Shown here: positions 18,466 through 28,716 of the stretch, piece by piece
Position numbering within the stretch: the first letter of the stretch is position 1
How the letters are laid out: each line of letters opens with the position of its first letter
DNA from: Candidatus Brocadiia bacterium
Lineage (GTDB): Bacteria > Planctomycetota > Brocadiia > CAIUPP01
Direction of reading: 5' to 3'
NCBI GenBank assembly: GCA_050015075.1
Contig: JBEKCB010000006.1
Location: 64,001 to 128,000 of the forward strand
Length of the DNA: 64,000 nt
The notes under the pieces: model-generated
Told to the model about the DNA's origin: nothing
Databases searched by the model: none
What the model saw: the letters and a program-made list of their open reading frames with translations, nothing else
Translations under genes and position numbers: made by a program

Positions 18466-19215
18466 ATGGGTGAGAAATCAGACGACGGAAAAGTTCGCGT
18501 CCGCTGCACAGGCTGCGGCAAGAGGGTCAAGTACCCCGCGAACCACCCGGGCGGCACGTTCCGCTGCCCCATCTGCCATACGGTCATGGTCGCGCCGCTG
18601 GACGGCGCCAATGAGCTGACGCTCGAAGAGGAATCCCACTCCGGCATCATCGCCGCTGCGGCGTCGGCCCAGGTCACGAACGATTCCGACTCGGAGCCCG
18701 ACGCCGCCCCGAGCGCGCCGCCTCAGAAACCTCCCGCGATCGAGCGCGTGAATGCTTTCCTCGTCAGGGAAACCGAGCGCATCGGCCGGCTCTGCGAGGA
18801 AGTCGTCTCGAATTCGTTCATGCCGGGCGAGGAACAGGCGAACAAGCTGCGGGCGCTGCGGCACGCCAAGGCGGTGTACTTCAAGCGATACGTCGAAGCG
18901 GTCCTGAAAGACCTGGACAACGAACTCGCCGAGCTGCGCGACGATCCGGCGTCGGAAACTCAGACGGGGAAGAGCAAGATCAGCCGGTTGCTCCTGGAGA
19001 AGCGCGGGCTGGTGCTTTTCCTCAACGTCATGTTTGAGCTTCGGCCGGGCGCTTCGCCCGCTCGGAACGGCGCCACGCCCGATACTCGCGGTAGCGCTGC
19101 GGCACCGCCCACCACACCTTCTCAGCCAGCCGCTCAAACTCCGCGAAGCACTCCAGCCGCCGACCCTGCGCCAGATAGCAAAGGCCCAGGTAGTAATGGG
19201 TCTCCGTCATGCTGA
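18466..19215 (+). CDS. Hypothetical protein with an N-terminal zinc ribbon
   Basis: CTGC...CPIC; starts 1 nt after the cinA stop. Confidence 0.65.
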   Translation: MGEKSDDGKVRVRCTGCGKRVKYPANHPGGTFRCPICHTVMVAPLDGANELTLEEESHSGIIAAAASAQVTNDSDSEPDAAPSAPPQKPPAIERVNAFLVRETERIGRLCEEVVSNSFMPGEEQANKLRALRHAKAVYFKRYVEAVLKDLDNELAELRDDPASETQTGKSKISRLLLEKRGLVLFLNVMFELRPGASPARNGATPDTRGSAAAPPTTPSQPAAQTPRSTPAADPAPDSKGPGSNGSPSC

Positions 19216-20146
19216 AGCCGGGCTCGGCGCCGGCGCGGAACTGCTCGAACGCCTGGTCAATGCGGCCGAGGGCGTAAAGCACTCTGCCTTCCGCGCGGCT
19301 GATTTCGGGAGTCGGCGCTGCCGGCGGGTTCTGCGGATCCGCCGCCAGCCGCTTCGCCTCGCTCAGTTCCCGGTCCGCCTCTTCGAGCCGCTCCACGTCG
19401 GCCAGGTGAGAAGCCAGCTCGATGCGCGCCTCCGGCGACTGGGGCGACTCGACGACGCGCTGCTGAGCGGCGCTCAAGGCGGCGTCGCGGCACTCCTTCA
19501 GCAACGCCGCTCCGGCCGGATGTCCGGGCTGCATCTCCATGACCATTTCGCCGTAGGAGGAGGCCCTGTCCAGGTTTCCCGCCTTTCGCGCCATCTCCCC
19601 GCGCCACAGCGCGTAGGCGATGCGCGGCCTGTCGAGCCACGGCGTGCGCCGCTCCTTGTCCACCAGGTCCACCGACCGCCCGCGCAGGTCCGTCTCGATC
19701 AGCGCGAGCAACTGCGCGAGGAACGGCGTGGAATCGGGAAGCTCTTCCGGGTTCAGCCGCTCGCGGGCCTCCTGCGAACCGGAGGCCCAGTCGTTGAGGA
19801 TGCGGTAGCTCCGCGCGAGTTCATTGTCGGGGCTCAGCACCAGCGCGCGGGCGAATTCCGCGCGCGCCGGCTCATATTCCGCCGCCTGGAAGAACGCCTG
19901 ACCGGCCAGCAGGTGGAACGCGGCGCTGTCGGGCCTCAGCTCGAGCGCCCGGCGCAGGTGCGGCGCCGCCTCGGCGAACCGGCCCGCCCTCGTCAGCGCC
20001 AGCCCGAGGTGCAGCAGCCCGGTGCCGAGGTCCGGATTGCGCCGCACCGCCTCTTCCAGGGCGGCCAGCGCCTCGTCCGACCGGCCCATCGCGGCCAGCC
20101 GCGCACCATCTCGCACGAGCCGGTCCGACTCCAGAAGTTCTTCCAA
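19028..20146 (-). CDS. Tetratricopeptide repeat protein
   Basis: TPR motifs such as LHLGLAL...AEA...LRRALELRPD and HYYLGLCY; TTG start inferred after GAAAGG. Confidence 0.8.
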   Translation of the reverse strand: MEELLESDRLVRDGARLAAMGRSDEALAALEEAVRRNPDLGTGLLHLGLALTRAGRFAEAAPHLRRALELRPDSAAFHLLAGQAFFQAAEYEPARAEFARALVLSPDNELARSYRILNDWASGSQEARERLNPEELPDSTPFLAQLLALIETDLRGRSVDLVDKERRTPWLDRPRIAYALWRGEMARKAGNLDRASSYGEMVMEMQPGHPAGAALLKECRDAALSAAQQRVVESPQSPEARIELASHLADVERLEEADRELSEAKRLAADPQNPPAAPTPEISRAEGRVLYALGRIDQAFEQFRAGAEPGFSMTETHYYLGLCYLAQGRRLECFAEFERLAEKVWWAVPQRYREYRAWRRSERAKRPAEAQT

Positions 20147-20171
20147 GTTTCGCCTTTCTAACTCGTCTATC

Positions 20172-21434
20172 CTAGCCCTGTTTGATGAGCGCGATCGCCG
20201 CATCGGCCAGCAGGTCTCCCGCTTCCGGCGCCAGCCGGCTGCTGGAAATGAACGTTGTCTCGTATCCGCCGCGCTTGAAGGCCGCGCGGGTGGGCACGTA
20301 GCCGACCATGCCGTTGGCGTGGCCGACGACGAGCGCGCGCTTGGGATAGCACTCTTCCTTGATCCGCAGGCCGTGCTCGACGAAATATTCCGCCGGGATG
20401 CCCACGAACGCATATTCGTCCAGGAACAGCGCCTGCACCTCGGCTTTGTTGGTTTTCTCCCGGCGCATCTTCTCCAGCAGGCGCGGGGTGCCGGCCTCAT
20501 AGACCTCGTCGGAGCGGAAGCGCTGCGCGCCGAAGACCTTCCCTTTGAGTTCCGCCTCGGTGATCGGCCGGTACGGCAGTTCCAGCGTCCGGCGCGCCAT
20601 GCCGATGCGCACGGACGGACGATACGCGATGTCCCGCATGGCGGCCGCCGCGTCCTCGGCCAGAAGCCGGCCGAAATCGTCAATGGAATGGTCGTGCGGC
20701 TGCTGGAAAGGATCGCCGTGGTGCACATTGCCGCAGGCGCCGTTCAGGTACACGGTCACGGGCACGCCGCGGGCCTTCATCTCCTTCGCCAGGGCGCCGG
20801 GATAGCCGGCGGAGGCGGTCGTCGAGCCACCCTCGTGCGTGGGGTGGCAGGTGAAACACACCAGGCAGCCGAGCATGCGGCCGGCGCGGCTTCGAACGGC
20901 GGCGACGGCCACTTCCGGGTCAATCGGCCCCTCTCGGCAAAGAATGGTCTTCGGGTCGGCATTGACGTGCGTCTTGACCGTCCCGTCGCGCATAATGAAC
21001 CGGCGGTTGCGCGCGAGTTCCCATTCGAGCGCGTGGCCGAAGCCGATCTCGGCCTCGGCGCAGCCGGCCAGGGCCTGCCCGAACGCCGCGACCACCTTGC
21101 GCACCATATCCTCGATGTACGGCTCGTCGCGGGGCAGCGGCTCGACTCCTGACACCGCCGGCCCGGCGTGGTTATGCGTGGCGCAGACGAGGATGCGGTC
21201 GCCGGGGAAGCCGAACTGCGCCTCGACGCGCCGGCGGATATCGTTCACCTGCGTCCAGCGGATGCTCAGGAGGTCGAGCTGCACGAACGCGGCGCGCTGG
21301 CCTTCCGATTCGAAGACGGCGATGCGCGCGAAGAGCGGATCGCGGACTTTCTCGATCGTGATATCCTGCAGCCAGCCGATTTTTCGGGTGCCGATGGGCG
21401 GCGTGATGTCCGCCTCGGCGAAACCTGTACGCAG
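20172..21434 (-). CDS. Neutral/alkaline ceramidase-like metallohydrolase
   Basis: GFAEADITPP, RDPLFAR, ATHNHAGP, GPIDPE, CHPT, GACGN and GYVPT...GGYE; CTG start inferred from the SD. Confidence 0.82.
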   Translation of the reverse strand: MRTGFAEADITPPIGTRKIGWLQDITIEKVRDPLFARIAVFESEGQRAAFVQLDLLSIRWTQVNDIRRRVEAQFGFPGDRILVCATHNHAGPAVSGVEPLPRDEPYIEDMVRKVVAAFGQALAGCAEAEIGFGHALEWELARNRRFIMRDGTVKTHVNADPKTILCREGPIDPEVAVAAVRSRAGRMLGCLVCFTCHPTHEGGSTTASAGYPGALAKEMKARGVPVTVYLNGACGNVHHGDPFQQPHDHSIDDFGRLLAEDAAAAMRDIAYRPSVRIGMARRTLELPYRPITEAELKGKVFGAQRFRSDEVYEAGTPRLLEKMRREKTNKAEVQALFLDEYAFVGIPAEYFVEHGLRIKEECYPKRALVVGHANGMVGYVPTRAAFKRGGYETTFISSSRLAPEAGDLLADAAIALIKQG

Positions 21435-21475
21435 GGGACTTCCTCCTCCAAGACCGATCCGACGGACCGGCCGGA

Positions 21476-22741
21476 TTACCGGACCTGGTCCGTGTTCTCC
21501 ATGACTTTCCGGATGCCGCGCGCCGTGAGCTGCGCCACCTTCGGGCCGTTGGGCGCGCGCAGCGGCACCGTCATGCCGGTGTGCGAATCGCTGTGCTTCT
21601 GCGCCATCGGGTACTGCCGCAGGTCGTAGCTCACCTTCTGCGCGTGCGCGCAGGACCACGGACAGCCGTGGCCGTAGGCGTTCTTGGCCTGGAAGACCGT
21701 CATTGCCGGCAGGATGAACTTCTGCCAGACGCCGGTCTGCACGCCCTCGGCGTTGAGCGCCGCCACCAGCTTGTCACGGAAGGCGCTGGCGTCCTGTTCG
21801 TGTCCGAGGGCCTTCATGTCGAACCGGATGGTGTAATTGTACCAGTTGTGTCCGGCGCCCTTGTAGGCGGTCGGCAGGATGAGGTTGGGCGTGCCCTTGA
21901 GAGCCGCCGTAAGGGCCCGGGCGTTCTCCTTCAACGTCGCCTGGTACTTGTCCAGCTTCGTCAACTGGCTGCGGCCGAAAGCGGCGGTGAGATCAGCCAT
22001 GCGATACATCCAGCCGAGGGCGTAAGCGTGGTAGTCGCGCCGCTCGCGCGGCGTGCGCGTTTCGCCGAAAGACCAAAGTTGCGTGGCCTTCTTCAGCATT
22101 TCGTCATTGTCGGTGACGAACATTCCGCCCTCGCCCGCACAGAGGCATTTGTTCTGGTTGAAACTGAATGCGGCGCAATGTCCCCACGTGCCGACCTTGC
22201 GCCCCTTGAACGTCGCGCCATGCGCCTGGCAGGCGTCCTCGACGACCTTCAGCTTGTGCCTGCGGGCGATGGCCATGACCTTTTCCATGTTCATCGGCAG
22301 GCCGTGGAGATGGACGGCGATGATGGCCTTGGTCTTCTTCGTGATCGCGCGCTCGATCAGCGACTCGTCCATGTTGATCGTGTCGAAGTTGATGTCCACG
22401 AAAACCGGGATGGCGTTGTGGTGGAGGATGCAGGTGGCGGACGAGGACCAGGAGTAGGCCGTCACGATCACCTCGTCGCCGCAGCCGACGTCGCACGCGA
22501 CCAGCGCCATGTGCAGCGCCGCGGTGCCGGAGTTCGTGGCGACGGCGAATTTGTTGCCGTTCCACGCGGCGAACTCGGTCTGGAACGCCGCGCAGTTCTC
22601 GCCGAAGGCATGATTGCTGCCTTCGAGGGACGCCAGGACTCGTTTGCGATCCACGTTGTCTATCGGCGGCCAGTTCTTAACGGTCCCGTCCGGCACGGCC
22701 TTGCGACCGCCGTTAATCGCCAGTTTTTCCATCGTTGTCAC
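21476..22741 (-). CDS. DegT/DnrJ/EryC1/StrS family PLP aminotransferase
   Basis: NSGTAALH, EDACQAHGA and FSFNQNKCL..GEGG. Confidence 0.93.
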   Translation of the reverse strand: MTTMEKLAINGGRKAVPDGTVKNWPPIDNVDRKRVLASLEGSNHAFGENCAAFQTEFAAWNGNKFAVATNSGTAALHMALVACDVGCGDEVIVTAYSWSSSATCILHHNAIPVFVDINFDTINMDESLIERAITKKTKAIIAVHLHGLPMNMEKVMAIARRHKLKVVEDACQAHGATFKGRKVGTWGHCAAFSFNQNKCLCAGEGGMFVTDNDEMLKKATQLWSFGETRTPRERRDYHAYALGWMYRMADLTAAFGRSQLTKLDKYQATLKENARALTAALKGTPNLILPTAYKGAGHNWYNYTIRFDMKALGHEQDASAFRDKLVAALNAEGVQTGVWQKFILPAMTVFQAKNAYGHGCPWSCAHAQKVSYDLRQYPMAQKHSDSHTGMTVPLRAPNGPKVAQLTARGIRKVMENTDQVR

Positions 22742-23624
22742 CTCTATTCCTTAATTTCTCGAACACCATACCGACATATCCCACGGCGCGGTCCGCATCG
22801 AGTTCGTTGAGGACCTCCGCGCTGGTGGTGTACTCGAGCACTCTTCCGGCCGTGGCGCCCATCGCGCGGGCGGCGGCCGTTGCGGCTGCCAGCGCGCCGG
22901 GACCGCAGGAGTTGAAGTGCTCCTGCGCCTCCGCGACGATCTCCTCCGCCTTCAGCGATTCCGCAAGGCTGATGACCCGCCGGTCGTTCGCGTGCATCCA
23001 GCCCATCGCCTTCGACAGCGGCCCGTGGTCGGGCGTGCCGTAATCCATCCCGTAGTGCGTCAAGTCGGTGCTCGCCACGACCATCACGCGCTTCGAGGCC
23101 TGGGCGACGGCCGCCGCGACCGCCTCGCCCATGCCTGCGGCCTCCGGCACCGGCGGCACGGCGATGGGCACGATCTTCGCGCCCGGCGACAGCGCCTGGA
23201 TGAAGGGCAATTGGACCTCGATGGAATGCTCCATGTCGTGCGCGGCGGCGGAAGAGAGGATCGAGCCGTGCGCGGCTTCCAGGATCGCGGAGGCGAGATC
23301 GGCGTCCACCGGAAGTTCTCCGAGCGGCGTCAGCCAACTGCCCGAAGGGAAGATTCCGCCTTTCCGCCCGTGCCACTGGTGCACCGCGCCGAGCAGAACA
23401 TAGGTTTCCGGTTTCGCGGCCGCGAGCGTTGCGAAGACCATGGCCGCCGTGCGCCCGGAGTACATCCATCCGGCGTGCGGAACGACGCCGCCCAGCAGCG
23501 TTCCCAGGTTCTTCGGCGGGACGTATCCAGCGACGTATTCGAGCGCGGTCTGTTTCAGGACGGTCGGCGACGCCTCATAAAACTGGCCCACTCGCACCGG
23601 CATTCGCACATCAGATCTCTTCAT
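22713..23624 (-). CDS. amrB: MEMO1 family protein (AmmeMemoRadiSam protein B)
   Basis: GQFY, PHAGWMYSG, EHSIEVQLPF, ASTDLTHYG, CG and VGY. Confidence 0.9.
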   Translation of the reverse strand: MKRSDVRMPVRVGQFYEASPTVLKQTALEYVAGYVPPKNLGTLLGGVVPHAGWMYSGRTAAMVFATLAAAKPETYVLLGAVHQWHGRKGGIFPSGSWLTPLGELPVDADLASAILEAAHGSILSSAAAHDMEHSIEVQLPFIQALSPGAKIVPIAVPPVPEAAGMGEAVAAAVAQASKRVMVVASTDLTHYGMDYGTPDHGPLSKAMGWMHANDRRVISLAESLKAEEIVAEAQEHFNSCGPGALAAATAAARAMGATAGRVLEYTTSAEVLNELDADRAVGYVGMVFEKLRNRGDNDGKTGD

Positions 23625-24615
23625 GGCGTCCTTGACCCCTTTCTGCGCCCGCTGCACCATGGGCTTTCAGCCAGGCGAAGTCGCCGATAGCGAAAAGCGC
23701 CTGGACGTGAACCAGCACCGCCGCCCCGAGAAAGACCCAACCGGAACCGCGGCCCATGGCCAGCGCCAACGCGCCATAGGCGAGCAACGCGCCGTGGCTC
23801 ACCGCCAGCGCCGCGGCGCGCTCATTGAACCCGCAGCGGATGAGTCCCATCGGCGGCCAGAGGACGTCCACGGCCTCGAGTTCCGGGCCGGACGCCGCAT
23901 GACCATCCCGGACGTTCCTCAGCGGCGCCGTGAGGCCGAACCGCCGCGCTTCCTTTCTTTCCCGGCCCGACTGCGCAAGTTGCTCGGTCGCCTCGACCCG
24001 CGCCGCGCGTCCTCGGCCCGCCCTCGCCGGCAACCGCGCGAAGACGCGCTCGACGGATTCCTTTTCGTACAGGCAGAGCGCTTGGGCGGCGAACAGCAGG
24101 TTGCTCCTGCCGGCGCCGCCGAACGGCGTCCCCGCCGCCTGCGCCAGCGCTTTTTCCGAGGACTCGCCCCACGCGCGCTCGAACTCTTCCGCGCCGCGCT
24201 CAACGGAACCGCTCAGCGGCAGCAACCCGAGCAGCGCAACCGAGCCGTCGAACTTCCGCAGAAGCCGCCGGGCGATCTTTCGGCAGTCTCGCGCCGGCAG
24301 ACCGGCGGCCTGTTGCGCCAGTTCACCCAGTTCGCCGGCCTTCGGCGACTCGAAGAACCCCGGCCCGCGGAAGTGCCGGACGATGCCCGCGACGATCCAC
24401 CACAAGATGTAGCCGGCGAGAAGCGCCAGCCCGATCGCCACCGCGTCAGTGGCCACTCGACGGACGGACAGGATCGCGGCGCCCACGGCAAACGCGAGAA
24501 CCCACGCCACCCAGGTAACCAGGACGCGGCGCGCCGCATGCGGAGAGACTTCGAGCACGCCTTGCCCGATGGCCATCAACAGCAGGACTGCGAGGAGTTC
24601 AATCGCAAGGAACAT
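23611..24615 (-). CDS. Hypothetical membrane protein
   Basis: N- and C-terminal TM helices; co-oriented between pilT and amrB. Confidence 0.65.
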   Translation of the reverse strand: MFLAIELLAVLLLMAIGQGVLEVSPHAARRVLVTWVAWVLAFAVGAAILSVRRVATDAVAIGLALLAGYILWWIVAGIVRHFRGPGFFESPKAGELGELAQQAAGLPARDCRKIARRLLRKFDGSVALLGLLPLSGSVERGAEEFERAWGESSEKALAQAAGTPFGGAGRSNLLFAAQALCLYEKESVERVFARLPARAGRGRAARVEATEQLAQSGRERKEARRFGLTAPLRNVRDGHAASGPELEAVDVLWPPMGLIRCGFNERAAALAVSHGALLAYGALALAMGRGSGWVFLGAAVLVHVQALFAIGDFAWLKAHGAAGAERGQGRHEEI

Positions 24616-24632
24616 TGGAGATATCGCGTCCT

Positions 24633-25778
24633 TTAACTTTGTGGAGCTTCCTCGTCCGCCGGGCCGGACGGCCGCTGGGGTCGCGTGTCCACGCTCCGGG
24701 TTATTCCCTTCAACTCCAGCTTCAGGTCCTCCGGATTGTCCGCCGCGGCGAGGGCCTCTTCCTCGCTGATCAGGCCCTCGTCCATGAGATGCTTGAGCGA
24801 CTGGCCGAACGTCTGCGCGCCGTAATATGCGCCGTCGCGCAGCGCCGCCGGGAGTTGCCGCGTGCGCCCCTGCTGGAGCAGATCGCGCGTCGTCGGGGTC
24901 GCCATGAGCAGCTCCACGGCGGGCAGGCGCCCCGCCTCGCCGCTGCGCCGGAGCAGGCGCAGGCTGACGACTCCTTCGAGCACCATCGCCAGTTCAAGCC
25001 GGATGAGCGGATGCAGGTACGGAGGAAAGTATCCCATGATCCGCTCGACGGTCTGCACGGCATTGACTGTGTGCAGCGTGCTGAAAACCAGGTGCCCCGT
25101 CTCGGCGGCGCTCAGGGCGGCCTCCATCGTCTCCGCATCGCGCATTTCGCCGATGAGAATCACGTCCGGGCTCTGCCGGACGCAGTGCTTGAGCGCGGCG
25201 GTGAACGAATGGGTGTCCCGGCCGATTTCCCGCTGTTCGATGAGCGACCGCTTGTCCTGGTAGACATATTCGATCGGGTCTTCGATGGTCACGATGTGCC
25301 GGCGGAACGTGGAATTGATGTAGTCCACCATTGCGGCAAGGCAGGTGGATTTTCCGCTGCCCGCGACGCCCGTCACGAGCACGAGGCCGCGCCGCCGCGA
25401 GCAAAGGCTCTGGAGCGGGGAGACCGGCAGATTCAAATCCTCCAGACTGGGGATCGTCTTGAGGAGAAAGCGAAAAACCAGTCCCGCCTGACCGCGCTGC
25501 CGGAAGGCGTTGACTCGGAACCGCCCCAGTTCCGGCACCTCGTACGCCGCGTCCGCCTCGCCCTCGCTGTGGAACGCCTTCTGATCGTCTTCGTCCAGCA
25601 CCGTCGCCACGGCCTGCGTCATGAAGTCGGCGGCGACCACCTCAGCCCGCTGTTCCTTCGGAAGGATGTCGCGCCGCAGAAGCCCGTCCACTCGAAAAGC
25701 CGGCGGCGCGCCGGTCTTCAGGAAAAGGTCGGACGCACCCGCTTCGACCGTCGCCGTCAGCAGAGTCTGAAGTTCCAT
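24633..25778 (-). CDS. pilT: PilT/PilU family type IV pilus ATPase
   Basis: ASDL, GRFRVNAFRQRG, Walker A GVAGSGKST, TIEDPIE, RQSPDVILIGEMRD and TGHLVFSTLH. Confidence 0.92.
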   Translation of the reverse strand: MELQTLLTATVEAGASDLFLKTGAPPAFRVDGLLRRDILPKEQRAEVVAADFMTQAVATVLDEDDQKAFHSEGEADAAYEVPELGRFRVNAFRQRGQAGLVFRFLLKTIPSLEDLNLPVSPLQSLCSRRRGLVLVTGVAGSGKSTCLAAMVDYINSTFRRHIVTIEDPIEYVYQDKRSLIEQREIGRDTHSFTAALKHCVRQSPDVILIGEMRDAETMEAALSAAETGHLVFSTLHTVNAVQTVERIMGYFPPYLHPLIRLELAMVLEGVVSLRLLRRSGEAGRLPAVELLMATPTTRDLLQQGRTRQLPAALRDGAYYGAQTFGQSLKHLMDEGLISEEEALAAADNPEDLKLELKGITRSVDTRPQRPSGPADEEAPQS

Positions 25779-25857
25779 CGGTCTCCCGATCCATATAATT
25801 GGACGCGCCCCAGTGTACCGGCGCTCCGGTCAGACTGCAACGCGCCCGGCAGGCGCG

Positions 25858-26328
25858 TCAGGTTCGTGCGCTCTTTGGCGCCGCGCGCTCCTGCCGTTCG
25901 TATTCCATGATCTTGCCCACCCGCCGCTCGTGCCGTCCGGCCTCCGCCGGAGTGGTGAGCCATATCTTAAGAATCGGGTCCAGCAGCGGCCCCTGCACCG
26001 TGTCCTCGCCGAGGCAAAGGACGTTGGTGTCGTTGTGCGAGCGGCTCACGCGCGCCGTCCGTTCGTCATAGACGACGCCGGCGCGGATTCCCTGGACTTT
26101 GTTCGCGGCGATGGACATGCCGATGCCCGTGCCGCAAACCAGCACGCCGCGATCCGCCTCGCCGCGGCTCACGGCCTCGGCCACGCGAAAGGCGAAGTCC
26201 GGATAATCCGACGACTCATCGGTCGTCGCGCCCATCGCCACGAACTCGTGCCCGAGCCGCCGTACCGCCTGCTCCAGTCTCTCGCGGAAAATCCGGCCTC
26301 GGTGGTCCCATCCTGCCGCAATCTTCAT
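25858..26328 (-). CDS. rpiB: Ribose-5-phosphate isomerase B
   Basis: DHRG, DYPDFA, CGTGIGMSIAANK, HNDTNVL and GRHERRV. Confidence 0.96.
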   Translation of the reverse strand: MKIAAGWDHRGRIFRERLEQAVRRLGHEFVAMGATTDESSDYPDFAFRVAEAVSRGEADRGVLVCGTGIGMSIAANKVQGIRAGVVYDERTARVSRSHNDTNVLCLGEDTVQGPLLDPILKIWLTTPAEAGRHERRVGKIMEYERQERAAPKSART

Positions 26329-26981
26329 TCGCGCGCCTTTCTTCGATGGCCCGGCGCCAGCAGGCGCAGTATCGCGGCGCGCTTGATCGCGCCTTCGCGC
26401 AGAATGCTCCAGTTCTCGCCGTCGCACTTGACGACGGTGGACGGCTTCCGCCGTTGCGCGGCGCCGCCGTCGAGCAGCACGTCCACGCGGCCGCCCAGGG
26501 CTGAAACGACCTGCGCCGCGGTGAAGGCGTCTTTCTCACCGGAAAGGTTCGCGCTCGTCGCGACGAGCGACCCGCCGCATTGCCGGAGCAGCGCGGCCGC
26601 GACCGGGTGATCGGGCACGCGCAGACCCACCCACCGTCCGTTTCTGCCTTTGACCACAAGCGTGAGAGGCCCCGGCCAGAACGCGCGCGCCAGTTTCCGC
26701 GCGCAGGCCGGCAACCGGCCGCACATCCGCAGCGCCGCATGCCGGCTGCTCACGAGCACCTGGAACGGTTTTTTCCCCTCGCGCCCCTTGATTCGCACCA
26801 GCCGCGCGCGCGCCGCGCGGTCGCCCGTGCGCGCCGCAAGGCCGTAAACCGTCTCGGTCGGAAGCGCCACAACGCCGCCCTCTCGAACGGCGGCCGCCGC
26901 GCGCGCGATGGCCTTCGGCGCCGATGCGTCAAGAACCAGCGGCCGGTCCTCTCGCCGCGGCGGACATTGCCTGCGCGCCAT
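26325..26981 (-). CDS. tsaC: L-threonylcarbamoyladenylate synthase (TsaC/YrdC)
   Basis: PTETVYGL, KGR, FWPGPLT, RVPDHP and TSANLSG. Confidence 0.93.
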   Translation of the reverse strand: MARRQCPPRREDRPLVLDASAPKAIARAAAAVREGGVVALPTETVYGLAARTGDRAARARLVRIKGREGKKPFQVLVSSRHAALRMCGRLPACARKLARAFWPGPLTLVVKGRNGRWVGLRVPDHPVAAALLRQCGGSLVATSANLSGEKDAFTAAQVVSALGGRVDVLLDGGAAQRRKPSTVVKCDGENWSILREGAIKRAAILRLLAPGHRRKARE

Positions 26982-27040
26982 GGCCACGGTTTCCCAAAAA
27001 CCTCCGGAGGAGACCGGCCGGAACGGGATTATATCAATGC

Positions 27041-27553
27041 TCAACTATACTTCTCGAAGCAGACACATTCCTCGATCGAGTTCCGCGGCCTGGCGACCGG
27101 CTTTTCCGAGGCGTAGCCCATCGGCAGGAGCGCCACCACGCGCACGGTGTCCGGGATTCCGAGGAGTTTCCTCGTCTCCGGCTCCGAGAAGGCGCAGACC
27201 CAGCACGTGCCGAGGCCTTCCTCGACCGCCTGCAACGTCATGTGGTCCAGGGCGATGCTCACGTCAATCGGGCAGGAAAGCTGCCCGCAGCTCATGAGGT
27301 AGTCCGCGACCGTGCCGCAGGCCACGATCACCACCGGCGCCTGGCCGACGAAGGTCTGGTTCTTCGCGGCCTTCATCAGTTTCTCGCGCGTGGCCTTGTC
27401 CCGGACGACGACGAACTTCCGGTCCTGCATATTGCGCGCGCTGGGCGACAACCGGCCCGCTTCAAGGACTCTCTGGAGCTTCTCCTCTTCGACCGCCTTG
27501 CTCTTGAAAGCCCGAATGCTGCGACGCGCCGCAATCGCTTCCGCGACGTTCAT
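27041..27553 (-). CDS. Nitroreductase family protein
   Basis: RRSIRAF, SPSARNMQ and GLGTCW. Confidence 0.92.
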   Translation of the reverse strand: MNVAEAIAARRSIRAFKSKAVEEEKLQRVLEAGRLSPSARNMQDRKFVVVRDKATREKLMKAAKNQTFVGQAPVVIVACGTVADYLMSCGQLSCPIDVSIALDHMTLQAVEEGLGTCWVCAFSEPETRKLLGIPDTVRVVALLPMGYASEKPVARPRNSIEECVCFEKYS

Positions 27554-27697
27554 CCGTTTGCCCTCCTGTGAAAGAGCCGACACCCTGCTTCCGACCGCCA
27601 GTATGTTACCAGCGGTCGGCGCGACGCGCAACGTTGTCTGACCGCGCCGTTTTTGATATAGTCCACCGAACGCGAATTGTCAGGAGGAATCCGCCGC

Positions 27698-28714
27698 ATG
27701 GTGCGCGTGGGAATTCTGGGACCGACCGGCTACACCGGGCTGGAGCTGCTCCGCCTGCTGCTGCGTCATCCGGACGCGGAGATCGTCTATCTCGGCACGC
27801 GCCGCGACGAGCGGCCGCCCATCTCCGAGATCTGGCCGATCCTCCGCGGGCGGCTGGACATGCGCTGCTCCCTGCTCGAGAAGGACCCGGTCCCGAAAAT
27901 GGACCTGGCGTTTCTCGCGCTGCCGCACACGCTGGCGATGGACTACGCCCCCGCGCTGCTCAAGAGCGGCGTCCGCGTGGTGGACATCAGCGCGGACTAT
28001 CGCCTCAAGGACCCGGCCGCCTTCAAGAAATGGTACAAGGTCGAGCACAAGGACCCCGCGAATCTGAAGCACGCCGTGTACGGCTTGAGCGAGCTGTTCC
28101 GGGACGAGATCAAGCCGGCCCGGCTCATCGCGAACCCCGGCTGCTACGCCACGGCGATCCAACTGGCGCTGGCGCCGCTGCTGATGAGCCACCTGGCCGC
28201 CCCGGACGCGCCCATCATCGCGGACGCCAAGTCCGGCGTCAGCGGCGCCGGGCGCGACCCGCGGCCCGACCTCCATTTTCCCGAGGCGAACGAGAGCGTC
28301 AGCGCGTACAAGGTCGGCATCCACCAGCATACCGGCGAAATCGTCCAGGGCATGCGGCGGATCGGCGGGCGCGACGTGGAACTGCTGTTCGTCCCGCACC
28401 TGATTCCCATGGACCGCGGCATACTGGCCACCTGCTACGTGCCGCTCTCCGCGCCGGCGACGACGCAGGAGCTGAAGGACCTCTATGCCCGGACGTACAA
28501 GTCCGAGCCGTTCGTCCGCGTCCGGATGGATGACGCGACGCCGACGACGAAGCACGTCTGCGACACGAATTTCTGCGACATGGCCGTGCGCGGGATCGGC
28601 AAGACGGCGGTCGTGATCTCGTGCATAGACAATTTGGTCAAGGGCGCGGCCGGCCAGGCCGTTCAGAACATGAACATTATGCTGGACCTTCCCGAGACGG
28701 CGGGGTTGTTCTGA
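27698..28714 (+). CDS. argC: N-acetyl-gamma-glutamyl-phosphate reductase
   Basis: GYTGLEL, ANPGCY, SGVSGAG and DNLVKGAAGQAVQN. Confidence 0.97.
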   Translation: MVRVGILGPTGYTGLELLRLLLRHPDAEIVYLGTRRDERPPISEIWPILRGRLDMRCSLLEKDPVPKMDLAFLALPHTLAMDYAPALLKSGVRVVDISADYRLKDPAAFKKWYKVEHKDPANLKHAVYGLSELFRDEIKPARLIANPGCYATAIQLALAPLLMSHLAAPDAPIIADAKSGVSGAGRDPRPDLHFPEANESVSAYKVGIHQHTGEIVQGMRRIGGRDVELLFVPHLIPMDRGILATCYVPLSAPATTQELKDLYARTYKSEPFVRVRMDDATPTTKHVCDTNFCDMAVRGIGKTAVVISCIDNLVKGAAGQAVQNMNIMLDLPETAGLF

Positions 28715-28716
28715 CC

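Noticed and set aside
22713-23624. Complete AmmeMemoRadiSam system using the 9340 radical SAM gene
   Set aside because: No AMMECR1-like gene is present, and the radical SAM protein is Tes-like rather than AmrS-like
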